DNA from: an uncultured Clostridia bacterium
GTDB lineage: Bacteria; Bacillota; Clostridia; Christensenellales; DTU072
Assembly (NCBI GenBank): GCA_944363505.1
Contig: CALVUD010000002.1
Span: 210,516-274,515, forward strand
DNA length: 64,000 nucleotides
Direction: 5' to 3'
In this document: positions 33,981-43,276 of the stretch, piece by piece
Numbering within the stretch: the stretch's first letter is position 1
Layout: every line of letters starts with the position of its first letter
Program-made: the position numbers and the translations under genes
The notes under the pieces: generated by a model
The model's input: the letters and a program-made list of their open reading frames with translations, nothing else
Database searches by the model: none
What the model was told of the DNA's origin: nothing

Positions 33981-36900
33981 CTATACCGCCGGATAAATGT
34001 TATCGCCGAACGCTTCGACATAAACGGCGTCGTTTTTGTATGCTTCCAAAGTTTCCGCGGCGACGTACAGCGCGGCATCCAAAGACACGCCCTCGAATGC
34101 GTTCTCGCCCGCAGCGACTTTGTCCTGTTTCAGAATTCGTATTTCCTCGACGTTAAACGCGTCGCGGAAAGCGTCGGCGGAAATGTATGCCAAAGAGGAA
34201 TCGGCGCCGATCGTCAACACTTCGATGCGGCTCCCGCCGAAAGCGCCGGCGGCGACGGCGGTGAAAGAGGCATCGAGAACCGCCTGCGAAGCGGTACCCG
34301 AATATTTTATCAGCGTGGTTCCGAGATAAACGTATTCGCCGTCGTTTTCGAGGGCGCCGAGCACGTCGTCGAAAGCACCCGTACCCACTTCCTTCAGCGC
34401 CGAGCCTTGCGCCACCGAAACGGATTCAAGCGACAAACAACTCCTGAAAGCGTACGCGCCTATCGTTTCCAAGGACGCGGGAAGCGCGACCGTCGTCAAC
34501 GAATCAGCTCCGTCAAAAGCGTACGCGCCTATTTCAGTCAAACCGTTCCCTTCAAAAGCTATTGCAGTCAGATATCTGTTGTTGGCGAACGCTCCGCCCG
34601 CAATGCGGCTAACGGTCGCAGGAACGGTATAGGACGTCGCCTCGTTGGTAGGCAGATACAGATACAATACGCTTCCGTCCGCCGAAGTCAGCACCCCGTT
34701 TGCGAAATTAAACGAGACACCGTTCAAATTGACGTTGTTCAGCGCGAACAGTCCGCGGAACGCATTGTCTTCTACGGTCGTCAATCCCGAAGGCAGCGTG
34801 ATCTCGGTTATGAACAAAATCTTGGAGTAGTTTTCGAACGCGCCTTCGCCAAGCGCGACGACGGGCAATCCCATATGACTATCGGGAATATATACCGACA
34901 AAGTGGAATATTCTTCCGCCGAGGAAGCGAATCCGACGACCTTGTACCCTATCGTCGTGCCGGATTCGTCGGTCACCGCCTCGAATTCAAGACCCTCTGT
35001 GCCTAAAAGCATGTCGGTCCACTTCGCATAGAAATTCACGGCGCCCTTGATAGCATATGTCGCGGGATCCACGGGCGTAACGTAGCCGGGATCGAGATAC
35101 CATCCGTCGAATACGAAATCGCCTGTCGCGCCGTCGCCATATTGCGGAGTGTCGGGCACGGGTACGTAAGACACGTAATCGTTGTATTCCACGGGCATAC
35201 CGATCTGTAACACAAACGATATCTCGTATCCTTCCGAAGCGGTGCCGTTATATGCGACGTTATAGAAATTCGCGTCGAACGTCTGCGGCACGGCGCTCGC
35301 ATAAATTGCCTTGTCGAAACGCACGTCGGGATCGTAGGTATGCGATTCTGTCACGCTGAACGAGCCTTGCGACTGGAAAATCATCGTTTCGGTAGGCATG
35401 TCGGGTGTCCAGTACGTCGGGTTCGGCGGTTCCGAACCGGCGGGCACTCCGGATAAGGCTTTATACACCGAATTGCGGTACACGACCCGGTCGCCGGCAG
35501 AATAAACGGACGAGGAATCGTATGCGGGTACCGCGTCCAATCCCGTTACGTCGTAATAATACCAGTAAGTAACGTTATAGCCGGGAATGTTGACCTGAGG
35601 TACCTGCACTGTGGCGACGCCGTTTTCGTCGGGGCTGACTTCGATCTCCATTTCAAACGCCTCATACGGCGCGTTGGCGGGAGATCTGAAAACTATCGTG
35701 TAAGGTTTGCGCGTAGGTTCGGCATAGAAAGAAATATTGCCCTCGACCCTGCGCGGAAATTCGACTTTGGAACTGGGTTGTTTGCCGGCTGACGAATACC
35801 AGGTAACCTCATATATGTCGAACGGATACCCGTTCCCTATGATTCCGTTCTCGACATCCACCCCTGGTCTGACTTCGGTTCCGTAGGAAACGGAGTACGA
35901 ACCCAGCTGTATCAGAGTGTCGCTGTTGGCGGGAGACAGGTAATACGAAACCGTATAATCGTTCGGGAAATACCTCGCCACCACGTTGTAATCCGTGGTC
36001 ATCGCGACCGTAGTAAGATCCTTTTGCACCAAAACGTTGTCTATTCTTATGTACCAGATTCCCGTATGCCCGGTTTTTTCCGGCACGGCGGGAGGCGTGG
36101 AAATGTAGCGGTTATAGTACGCCGTGCGCGTAATCTGCGCGCCCGTCGTGTCGGTGGCGGGAACGGTCTGCTCCTCGTCCAACCAGAAATACATCGAATA
36201 CAGTCGGTCCGTATACTGCGCTATAAAAGTCCTGTCAGCCGTTGCCGAACCGTACAGCGGTTCCCTGCCCGTGGAGGCGTCCAACCATATGCCTGTAGCT
36301 CCGGGTATCTCCGGAATCTCGGGAACGGGTTCGACGTCCGCTCGGAGCGTGGTTCCGTAACGGACTTCGAATACGTAACAGTAACCGTTGACGTATTGCC
36401 CGGAATACGAAATCTGTTTTTCGACGATCGGTACGCCGAACTGTGTCGCGCCCTCCTCCGCCCACGGACTGTCGGTTCTGGTAACCACATAGGTCATTTC
36501 GAGCATTTTGATCGTATAGTTTATGCTGACCGTTAGGTTCGACGTAACCTCGAAAGTAGCTTCCGGATCCGTCAGCACGACGGTTTCCGTCACTTTGTCG
36601 GAATCGTCCCTGACCTCGACGGTATAATTGACGAAATCGTATGCCGCTTCCTGTGCCGGCGCGGGGAAGGTGATGACGGAGCCGTATTCCACGTCGGTAC
36701 GCGTTTCGACCAGTCCCCAGGTGGCTCCGTCGCGGTACGCGGTAAACCTTACCGTAAACGTGCGCATATCCGACCAGCGCGCATACACAACGGTATCACG
36801 CGTCAGAGTTCTGCCCGCGGTAAACACACTGCCCGAAAAGTCGGACGCCGAATACCAACCCACGAAAACGTAACCTTCGCGCTCGGGTATTTCCACCGTA

Positions 36901-37397
36901 TCGACGTAGCCCGCGGCATAGCCCACTTCCCATATGACGGCGCCGTCGGCGTCGGTATAGGAGGCGTTGCTTTTGTCGTCGGGAAAGCTGGCGCCGACGC
37001 CCGCGTTATATGTAACGTAATACGTCGGGGTCTCCGCGACCGTATATGTTTTTATCGTCAGATAGAGAGACGCTCCCTGATAAATGACTCTGATCGTGGC
37101 CGTACCGGCGGATTCGGTAAGTTTCAGCTCCTCTGGGGCGATCATGCTTTCGGTCACCGCGACCTCTTCCAGCAGATTGTCCCCGGAATCGTACAGATAG
37201 AATCTGAACGCCGACCAGTCCACTTTGCCCGCTTCGAAAACATACGCTCCCGCCGCCTCGTCGTAATATGCTTTGGCGGAATCGGGATTGAGTTCTATCG
37301 AATAAGCGGCTTTTTCGGAATCGGTACAACCTATCGCGAGAGCCGCCAGCGCGGTCAATAAAACTATTAAAATTACGATATAAATTTTCTTACGCAT
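33981..37397 (-). CDS. Large surface lipoprotein with Listeria-Bacteroides-type repeats and C-terminal BspA-like leucine-rich repeats
   Basis: Lipobox LAIGC. GY.F.GWY...ARW / FDGWY...AKW repeat signatures. About the last 330 aa are LRR (..AF....L..I.LP..L..I...AF..C..L). Confidence 0.8.
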   Translation of the reverse strand: MRKKIYIVILIVLLTALAALAIGCTDSEKAAYSIELNPDSAKAYYDEAAGAYVFEAGKVDWSAFRFYLYDSGDNLLEEVAVTESMIAPEELKLTESAGTATIRVIYQGASLYLTIKTYTVAETPTYYVTYNAGVGASFPDDKSNASYTDADGAVIWEVGYAAGYVDTVEIPEREGYVFVGWYSASDFSGSVFTAGRTLTRDTVVYARWSDMRTFTVRFTAYRDGATWGLVETRTDVEYGSVITFPAPAQEAAYDFVNYTVEVRDDSDKVTETVVLTDPEATFEVTSNLTVSINYTIKMLEMTYVVTRTDSPWAEEGATQFGVPIVEKQISYSGQYVNGYCYVFEVRYGTTLRADVEPVPEIPEIPGATGIWLDASTGREPLYGSATADRTFIAQYTDRLYSMYFWLDEEQTVPATDTTGAQITRTAYYNRYISTPPAVPEKTGHTGIWYIRIDNVLVQKDLTTVAMTTDYNVVARYFPNDYTVSYYLSPANSDTLIQLGSYSVSYGTEVRPGVDVENGIIGNGYPFDIYEVTWYSSAGKQPSSKVEFPRRVEGNISFYAEPTRKPYTIVFRSPANAPYEAFEMEIEVSPDENGVATVQVPQVNIPGYNVTYWYYYDVTGLDAVPAYDSSSVYSAGDRVVYRNSVYKALSGVPAGSEPPNPTYWTPDMPTETMIFQSQGSFSVTESHTYDPDVRFDKAIYASAVPQTFDANFYNVAYNGTASEGYEISFVLQIGMPVEYNDYVSYVPVPDTPQYGDGATGDFVFDGWYLDPGYVTPVDPATYAIKGAVNFYAKWTDMLLGTEGLEFEAVTDESGTTIGYKVVGFASSAEEYSTLSVYIPDSHMGLPVVALGEGAFENYSKILFITEITLPSGLTTVEDNAFRGLFALNNVNLNGVSFNFANGVLTSADGSVLYLYLPTNEATSYTVPATVSRIAGGAFANNRYLTAIAFEGNGLTEIGAYAFDGADSLTTVALPASLETIGAYAFRSCLSLESVSVAQGSALKEVGTGAFDDVLGALENDGEYVYLGTTLIKYSGTASQAVLDASFTAVAAGAFGGSRIEVLTIGADSSLAYISADAFRDAFNVEEIRILKQDKVAAGENAFEGVSLDAALYVAAETLEAYKNDAVYVEAFGDNIYPAV

Positions 37398-37423
37398 AAG
37401 CCCCGGGTGTTTATAACGTATTC

Positions 37424-37452
37424 AATATAACATTTTCGGGGTCGACTGTCAA
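37424..37452 (-). promoter_or_regulatory. Promoter for the LRR-lipoprotein operon
   Basis: Minus strand: TTGACA (37452-37447), 17-nt spacer, TATATT (37429-37424). Confidence 0.45.
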
Positions 37453-37765
37453 TATAGAATTATTTAAATTATATACCGCGCAACGCGCAGGCGTATTAAA
37501 ATTTTACGCTTTTCAATCGTTTGTTAATTCTTGCTAAAATATTAAAAAGTCTTGCGAGCGCATGAAAATAATGCTTACTTAAGTATGTTCGGACGGATTA
37601 ATATTCCGCCGAAACGTGAGAACTTCTTATCTATATTGATTTTTCGGATTAAAACCGTACACGTTGTATTGTCAAACTGCTATTTAACGGTTTACACGAA
37701 CGGGATACGCGAAATACTTTTAAACTGATTAGCCTTACGCTATTTCTGCGATAATGCGTATTCGG

Positions 37766-37793
37766 ACTCGTCCGTGCGGCTACACGGACGAGT
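37766..37793 (-). terminator. Perfect 11-bp hairpin just after the stop of the 197-aa ORF
   Basis: ACTCGTCCGTG-N6-CACGGACGAGT. No clear T-tract, so terminator function is uncertain. Confidence 0.4.
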
Positions 37794-37812
37794 TATCCGT
37801 TTGAATCACACA

Positions 37813-38406
37813 TTAAATTTCAGGCAGATCGACTTTGGTGGAATTAAGGTTTTTTACATAAAATTTAAAATCCATGGAGTAGCCGTCCATAGTGGCTTTA
37901 CTTTTTATATTGCAGTTTCCGTCCTTTAATTCAAGTTCGATGTCGGACAACGTCAACCCTGATTCCTCATCAGTGATGGTCAAATTTGCCCGCCCAAGGA
38001 ACAGATGGTAATCTTTGGAATATTCGTAATTTTTGCCGTTGAAAAGTTCGGTCAAGAAAGTATAATTTCCTAACGCATTCTCTGTATTGTAATTATTTTC
38101 CGGAGCATAATGTCCGTAGTCTCTTTCCCATGTGCCGTCATTTTTTTGAGAATATGTATAAAGATAATCTCCCTCATAACCGGTATAATTCGAAAATTCT
38201 TCGGTCGTTTCACCTACATAGGCACTTTTTTCATAATAATATGCTTTGTCATTTTCGATTTTTACCAGCATTACCATATTGGAATTAGAAGAGTTCAGTT
38301 CCATACCAAATTCTACGCTTTCCGCATCGGCAAAAGCATCATAAAATTCGTCGATATCGACCGGGCTGGTTTTCTCGTTACATGCGATCAACATGAAGCA
38401 AATCAA
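37813..38406 (-). CDS. Hypothetical lipoprotein in AT-rich islet (start codon uncertain)
   Basis: The track start is TTG 38406. The same frame stays open upstream and encodes the n- and h-regions of a lipoprotein signal peptide but has no ATG/GTG/TTG (see findings). Confidence 0.5.
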   Translation of the reverse strand: MICFMLIACNEKTSPVDIDEFYDAFADAESVEFGMELNSSNSNMVMLVKIENDKAYYYEKSAYVGETTEEFSNYTGYEGDYLYTYSQKNDGTWERDYGHYAPENNYNTENALGNYTFLTELFNGKNYEYSKDYHLFLGRANLTITDEESGLTLSDIELELKDGNCNIKSKATMDGYSMDFKFYVKNLNSTKVDLPEI

Positions 38407-38656
38407 AAGTAAGACGCTAAATAATAAAAGTAACGTAATTTTTTTTATTATGTAACCAACCTTTAAATAATTTTAATTGCTATTGTCAATTTTGTCAACA
38501 AATAAAAAATTTTAAATATTATGATTTGTTGTCAAATATTCGTTAATTTTAAATTCGTCGCGAGCGTATGTTTCGTCGTAAATTAGAAAGCGATACAAAG
38601 TCCATGATTTTGGAAATTATCCTAAAGTTTATATTACCCGGGCGTGAAAACGGCTA

Positions 38657-38685
38657 TTGCCCGAAACGCGACTCTGTGTTATAAT
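38657..38685 (+). promoter_or_regulatory. Promoter for the PLC-like gene
   Basis: TTGCCC (38657-38662), 17-nt spacer, TATAAT (38680-38685), preceded by a TGT extended -10. Confidence 0.45.
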
Positions 38686-38728
38686 AAACCATAAACTTTC
38701 CGCGCGGAAACGTTTTCAAGGAGCGAGT

Positions 38729-39631
38729 ATGATTTTCAACGACTGGATGAGTTACATAAAACCCGAAGCGCGCCTGAATAAAATCGCAATGCCCGGGGCG
38801 CACAACGCCTGCACTGCGGGAATGGGAAAACAGGCGTGCTGCCAAAACGACACGATAGCCGTGCAGCTAAAATACGGCGTCAGGCATTTCTGTATCCGAC
38901 TGGATACCGACAGAAAAGGCAACGTCGTTTGCTGCCACGGCATTTCCAAAGGCGAACCGCTCGCGAAAGCTCTGAAAGGAGTTCGTGAGTTTATGGAAGA
39001 AAATCCGTCGGAAATATTGCTGTTGGATATCCGAGAATATTACGACCAGAAAATTTTCGGTCCTCTGGTTTTAAGCTACGAGGCAAAACCCGAAAAAGTC
39101 GACGAAATACTTGCCGAAACCGTCTGCCCGGAAAAGTACGCCTATACCGGTTTCGAAAAAATCGAGGACGTAAAGATCGGCGACGTGTTGAATGCGGGAA
39201 AACGTTTTATCCTGATGAACGAAAAAGAGGACTACGCTTACTCCAAAAAAACAAACATCAACCTGCCTTGGGAAAAGAAAGTGAACGGCTCCAAAGCCTA
39301 TAAATTCACGCGCGAAACTCTAAGGTTTTTCGACGACTACCCTACCGACGGGATCTATATTTTTCAGACGCAGCAGACGCCGAACCTCGGAACCGAAATA
39401 GGAATAACTTCGCCGCTGAAACTCGACCTCAGCCTGCGCGAACATTTCCCGTACCTCATCGAAGGAATAAAGAACAACCCCTACTACCTCGAAAGCGCGA
39501 ACGTCATCGCGGGCGACTTCATGACAGATTCTTATATGAAGTCCTCTCTCATAATATCGCTGAACCTCGACAAAGGCATTGTTACCGAAAATAAAGAAAA
39601 AGATTTTGCGGAGGGTCTGAAATGGAACTGA
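38729..39631 (+). CDS. PI-PLC X-domain (PLC-like phosphodiesterase) protein
   Basis: Start at MIFNDWMSYI (ATG 38729, AGGAG RBS). WMS....L..I.MPGAHNA, GVRHFCIRLD and CCHG parallel the bacterial PI-PLC boxes WMS...L..LSIPGTHDS, R.FDIR, HHG. Confidence 0.6.
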   Translation: MIFNDWMSYIKPEARLNKIAMPGAHNACTAGMGKQACCQNDTIAVQLKYGVRHFCIRLDTDRKGNVVCCHGISKGEPLAKALKGVREFMEENPSEILLLDIREYYDQKIFGPLVLSYEAKPEKVDEILAETVCPEKYAYTGFEKIEDVKIGDVLNAGKRFILMNEKEDYAYSKKTNINLPWEKKVNGSKAYKFTRETLRFFDDYPTDGIYIFQTQQTPNLGTEIGITSPLKLDLSLREHFPYLIEGIKNNPYYLESANVIAGDFMTDSYMKSSLIISLNLDKGIVTENKEKDFAEGLKWN

Positions 39632-40311
39632 AAACGCTGGGAATATACGGGCCGTATCCTAAAGCGGGCGGTTCGGCTTGCAGTTCGTATCTTGTCCGAA
39701 CGGCAAGCGCGAAATTAGTTCTGGATTTCGGCGCGGGAGCGCTTACGCGACTCACCGCCGAGGAGGACGTCGGCTCGGTTGACGCGATAATTTTGTCCCA
39801 CACGCATTTCGACCATGTGTCGGATATGTTGCCGTTAACTTACCTTATGGAGCTGCGTCCCGGAAAGTTGAAAGTTTATTTACCTAAAATGAAAGATAAT
39901 TGGTATCTTAAGCTACTGAATTCAGCCCTTTTCGAAGCGCACGAAGTCGAAGCGGGCGACAAAGCGGAAATTAACGGCGCGCTCGTCGAATTTTTCCCCG
40001 CCCGGCACACGGTGCCGACGCTGGGGGTCAAAATAAGCGAAGGCGGCAAAAGCCTGTATTATACGGGCGACACCGTATGGTTCGACGAACTCTCCGAGTA
40101 CGTGCGCGGCGCGGATACGGTGCTTGCGGACGCGGCAAAGCCGCTCGGATTCAAGGGACCGCATATGAGTTACGACAAAGCTTTCCTGTTGAAAGAGGCT
40201 TCGGGCGGCAAGGTCATCCTGACTCATCTTTCGCCCGATTTTGATCCCTCCCCCGCGCTTGACGACAAGGATATAGAAGTAGCGAAAGAAGGAAAAGTCT
40301 ATTTTGTCTGA
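39622..40311 (+). CDS. MBL-fold metallo-hydrolase
   Basis: ILSHTHFDH (HxHxDH) box. 229 aa. Confidence 0.75.
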   Translation: MELKTLGIYGPYPKAGGSACSSYLVRTASAKLVLDFGAGALTRLTAEEDVGSVDAIILSHTHFDHVSDMLPLTYLMELRPGKLKVYLPKMKDNWYLKLLNSALFEAHEVEAGDKAEINGALVEFFPARHTVPTLGVKISEGGKSLYYTGDTVWFDELSEYVRGADTVLADAAKPLGFKGPHMSYDKAFLLKEASGGKVILTHLSPDFDPSPALDDKDIEVAKEGKVYFV

Positions 40312-40361
40312 TCCGGGCGTGTCCGCCCCGTGGATATGAAAACCTTCAACGCGCACGATCC

Positions 40362-40387
40362 GGCCGCGGTTAGCCGCGGCCTTTTTT
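40362..40387 (+). terminator. Rho-independent terminator after the MBL gene
   Basis: GGCCGCGG-TTAG-CCGCGGCC followed by TTTTTT. Confidence 0.75.
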
Positions 40388-40463
40388 ATCGGTTCGGTAT
40401 TTGCAGACTGTGCAAAACTAATTTAAATAACTTCGGCATGGAAAATCTTTATTAATAAACGAA

Positions 40464-40493
40464 CAGGGCTTACCCCATTCGGGATAAGCCCTG
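40464..40493 (-). terminator. Terminator hairpin after ppdK
   Basis: CAGGGCTTA...TAAGCCCTG stem followed on the minus strand by TTCGTTTATT. Confidence 0.55.
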
Positions 40494-40517
40494 CAAAAGC
40501 CTGTCGGCTAAGTATCG

Positions 40518-43136
40518 TTATTTATTCTTGATCGCTGCGTGCGCGGCGGCAAGAATGGCGATCGGTACGCGGAAGGGAGAGCAGGAAACGTAGTTGAGTC
40601 CCACGTTGTGGCAGAATTCGATCGTCGAAGGATCGCCGCCGTGCTCGCCGCAGATTCCCAGTTTGATGTTGGGTCTGGTGGCTTTGCCCTTGGCGACCGC
40701 TATCTTGACGAGTTCGCCCACGCCTTCCTGGTCGAGCCTTGCGAACGGGTCGGATTCGAATATTTTCTTCTTGTAGTAATCGCCGAGGAACTTGCCCGCG
40801 TCGTCACGGCTGAAGCCGAACGTCATCTGGGTCAGGTCGTTGGTGCCGAACGAGAAGAATTCGGCTTCCTTAGCTATCTTGTCCGCGGTGATGGCTGCGC
40901 GCGGGATCTCGATCATGGTGCCGACCATATATTCGACTTTGACGCCTTTTTCCGCCATAACGGCCTCGGCGGTGTCTACGACGACCTTTTTGACGTAAGC
41001 GAGTTCTTTCACGTCGCCGACCAGAGGTATCATGATCTCCGCCTTGACTTTTCCGCCCTGCTTGTTGACCTCTATAGCCGCTTCGATAACGGCGCGGGTC
41101 TGCATTTCGGCGATCTCGGGATAAGTTATCGCCAGACGGCAGCCGCGGTGTCCGAGCATCGGGTTCATCTCGTGCAGGCTGTGTACGGTCTCGTTAAGCT
41201 GTTCGTAAGAGATTCCCATATCCTTTGCAAGAGCGCGGATGTCTTCCTCCTTGGAGGGCAGGAACTCGTGGAGCGGCGGATCGAGGAAGCGGATGGTAAC
41301 GGGATAGCCCTTCAGCGCTTTATAAATGCCGATAAAGTCTTCTCTCTGCATCGGAAGGATCTTCGCGAGAGCGGCTTTTCTCTGTTCGAGGTTGGAAGCG
41401 ACTATCATCTCGCGAACGGCGGGTATACGCTCTTCCGCAAAGAACATGTGCTCGGTTCTGCAAAGACCTACGCCCTGAGCGCCGAACTCGTACGCGACGG
41501 AAGCGTCGTGCGGATTATCGGCATTGGCGCGGACCTGAAGTTTTTTGTATTTGTTCGCCCAGCCCATGATGGTAGCGAAGTTGCCCGAAGTGTCGGCGTC
41601 GACCATCGGCAGACTGCCTTCGTAAACCTTTCCGGTGGAGCCGTCGAGAGAAATAACATCCTGTTGGGTATATTTTTTGCCCGCGATAACGCAGATACCG
41701 TTGGCCTCGTCGATCTCGACGGCGCCGCATCCGCATACGCAGCAAGCGCCCATACCTCTGGCGACGACCGCCGCGTGGGAGGTAAGTCCGCCTCTGGCGG
41801 TAAGGATGCCTTCGGAAACCTGCATGCCTTCGATATCCTCTGGGGAAGTTTCGATACGTACCAGAACGACCTTTTCGCCCTTCTTTACGCGCTCTTTCGC
41901 CTCGTCGGCGGTAAAGCAAATCTTACCGCAAGCAGCGCCGGGAGAAGCGGGCAGACCTTCGGCGACAGCCTTGGTCTTTTTCAGAACGGCTTTGTCGAAA
42001 GTGGGATGCAGCAGGTCGTCAAGCTGTTTCGGCTCGACTTTCAGGAGAGCTTCTTCTTCGGTGCAAAGTCCTTCTTTCACGAGATCGACGGCAATATTGA
42101 TGGCAGCGAGAGCGGTACGTTTGCCGCTGCGGGTCTGGAGCATGAACAGTTTGCCGCGCTCGATCGTGAACTCCATATCCTGCATGTCGTGGAAGTAATT
42201 TTCCAGACGGTTGCAGATGTCGAGGAACTGGTCGTAAACGGCGGGGTTGATCTCTTTAAGTTTGTCTATCGACGAGGGAGTACGGATACCCGCGACGACG
42301 TCCTCGCCCTGGGCGTTCATCAGGAATTCGCCGTAAAGTTTCTTTTCGCCGTTGGTGGGGTTTCTGGTAAACGCGACGCCCGTGCCGGAAGTCTCGCCCA
42401 TGTTACCGAACACCATCGACTGGACGTTGACCGCGGTGCCCCACGAAGAGGGTATGTCGTTCATTCTGCGGTAAACGATGGCGCGTTCGTTGTTCCAGCT
42501 GCGGAACACCGCTTTGATGGCGCCGATGAGCTGTTCTTTGGGATCCTGCGGGAATTCCGCGCCGACGTTCTCGAAATAGTATTTCTTGAACATCGCGATC
42601 AGTTCCTGCAAATCCTCGGCGGTCAGTTCGGTATCGAGCTTAACGCCCTTTCTTTCCTTGACTTCGTCGATGAATCTTTCGAAATTGGCTTTTTCGACTC
42701 CGGTAACGACGTCGGAATACATCTGAATGAATCTGCGGTAGCAGTCGTATGCGAATCTGGGATTTTGGGTCAGTTCGGCAAGTCCTTTGACGCTGACGTC
42801 GTTAAGTCCGAGGTTCAGAATGGTGTCCATCATGCCGGGCATCGAAGCTCTCGCGCCGCTTCTGACGGAAACGAGGAACGGATCCGCGGCGTCGCCGAAT
42901 TTCTTTCCGGACTCCTCTTCGAGGACTTTCAGCTGCGCAAAGATCTCGTCGATGATCTCGGGAGCAATTTTCTCGCCGTCGTCGTAGTATTTTGTGCAAG
43001 CCTCGGTCGTGATGGTGAATCCGGGAGGCACGGGCATACCGAGTTTGGTCATTTCGGCAAGGTTCGCGCCCTTACCGCCGAATTTGGCTTTGTCTTTGCC
43101 GTCGGCTTCGCGGAACAAGTAAACGTACTTTGTCAT
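40518..43136 (-). CDS. ppdK: Pyruvate, phosphate dikinase
   Basis: 872 aa. N-terminal GGKGANLAEM box, phospho-His box TARGGLTSHAAVVARGMG, C-terminal PEP-utilizer domain. Confidence 0.95.
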   Translation of the reverse strand: MTKYVYLFREADGKDKAKFGGKGANLAEMTKLGMPVPPGFTITTEACTKYYDDGEKIAPEIIDEIFAQLKVLEEESGKKFGDAADPFLVSVRSGARASMPGMMDTILNLGLNDVSVKGLAELTQNPRFAYDCYRRFIQMYSDVVTGVEKANFERFIDEVKERKGVKLDTELTAEDLQELIAMFKKYYFENVGAEFPQDPKEQLIGAIKAVFRSWNNERAIVYRRMNDIPSSWGTAVNVQSMVFGNMGETSGTGVAFTRNPTNGEKKLYGEFLMNAQGEDVVAGIRTPSSIDKLKEINPAVYDQFLDICNRLENYFHDMQDMEFTIERGKLFMLQTRSGKRTALAAINIAVDLVKEGLCTEEEALLKVEPKQLDDLLHPTFDKAVLKKTKAVAEGLPASPGAACGKICFTADEAKERVKKGEKVVLVRIETSPEDIEGMQVSEGILTARGGLTSHAAVVARGMGACCVCGCGAVEIDEANGICVIAGKKYTQQDVISLDGSTGKVYEGSLPMVDADTSGNFATIMGWANKYKKLQVRANADNPHDASVAYEFGAQGVGLCRTEHMFFAEERIPAVREMIVASNLEQRKAALAKILPMQREDFIGIYKALKGYPVTIRFLDPPLHEFLPSKEEDIRALAKDMGISYEQLNETVHSLHEMNPMLGHRGCRLAITYPEIAEMQTRAVIEAAIEVNKQGGKVKAEIMIPLVGDVKELAYVKKVVVDTAEAVMAEKGVKVEYMVGTMIEIPRAAITADKIAKEAEFFSFGTNDLTQMTFGFSRDDAGKFLGDYYKKKIFESDPFARLDQEGVGELVKIAVAKGKATRPNIKLGICGEHGGDPSTIEFCHNVGLNYVSCSPFRVPIAILAAAHAAIKNK

Positions 43137-43202
43137 AAATACTCTCCTGTTTTTTATTGTTTCGTTTAAAGTGATTTGCTTTGGTTAACTGTAGCGTAAT
43201 TT

Positions 43203-43231
43203 ATTATACAAAACTATGCGCCCACGCGCAA
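43203..43231 (-). promoter_or_regulatory. Promoter for ppdK
   Basis: Minus strand: TTGCGC (43231-43226), 17-nt spacer, TATAAT (43208-43203). Confidence 0.45.
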
Positions 43232-43276
43232 GCTTTTTTTACATTTAATGGTGCGCCTCCGGTCAAAAAAGCTCGC

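Noticed and set aside
40539-43169. 876-aa plus-strand ORF spanning the whole of ppdK in antisense.
   Set aside because: It is exactly codon-aligned with ppdK (its codons are reverse complements of ppdK codons). It stays open simply because this highly biased gene never uses TTA, CTA or TCA. The translation is Arg/Gly/Phe-rich low-complexity with no motifs, while ppdK on the other strand is unmistakable.
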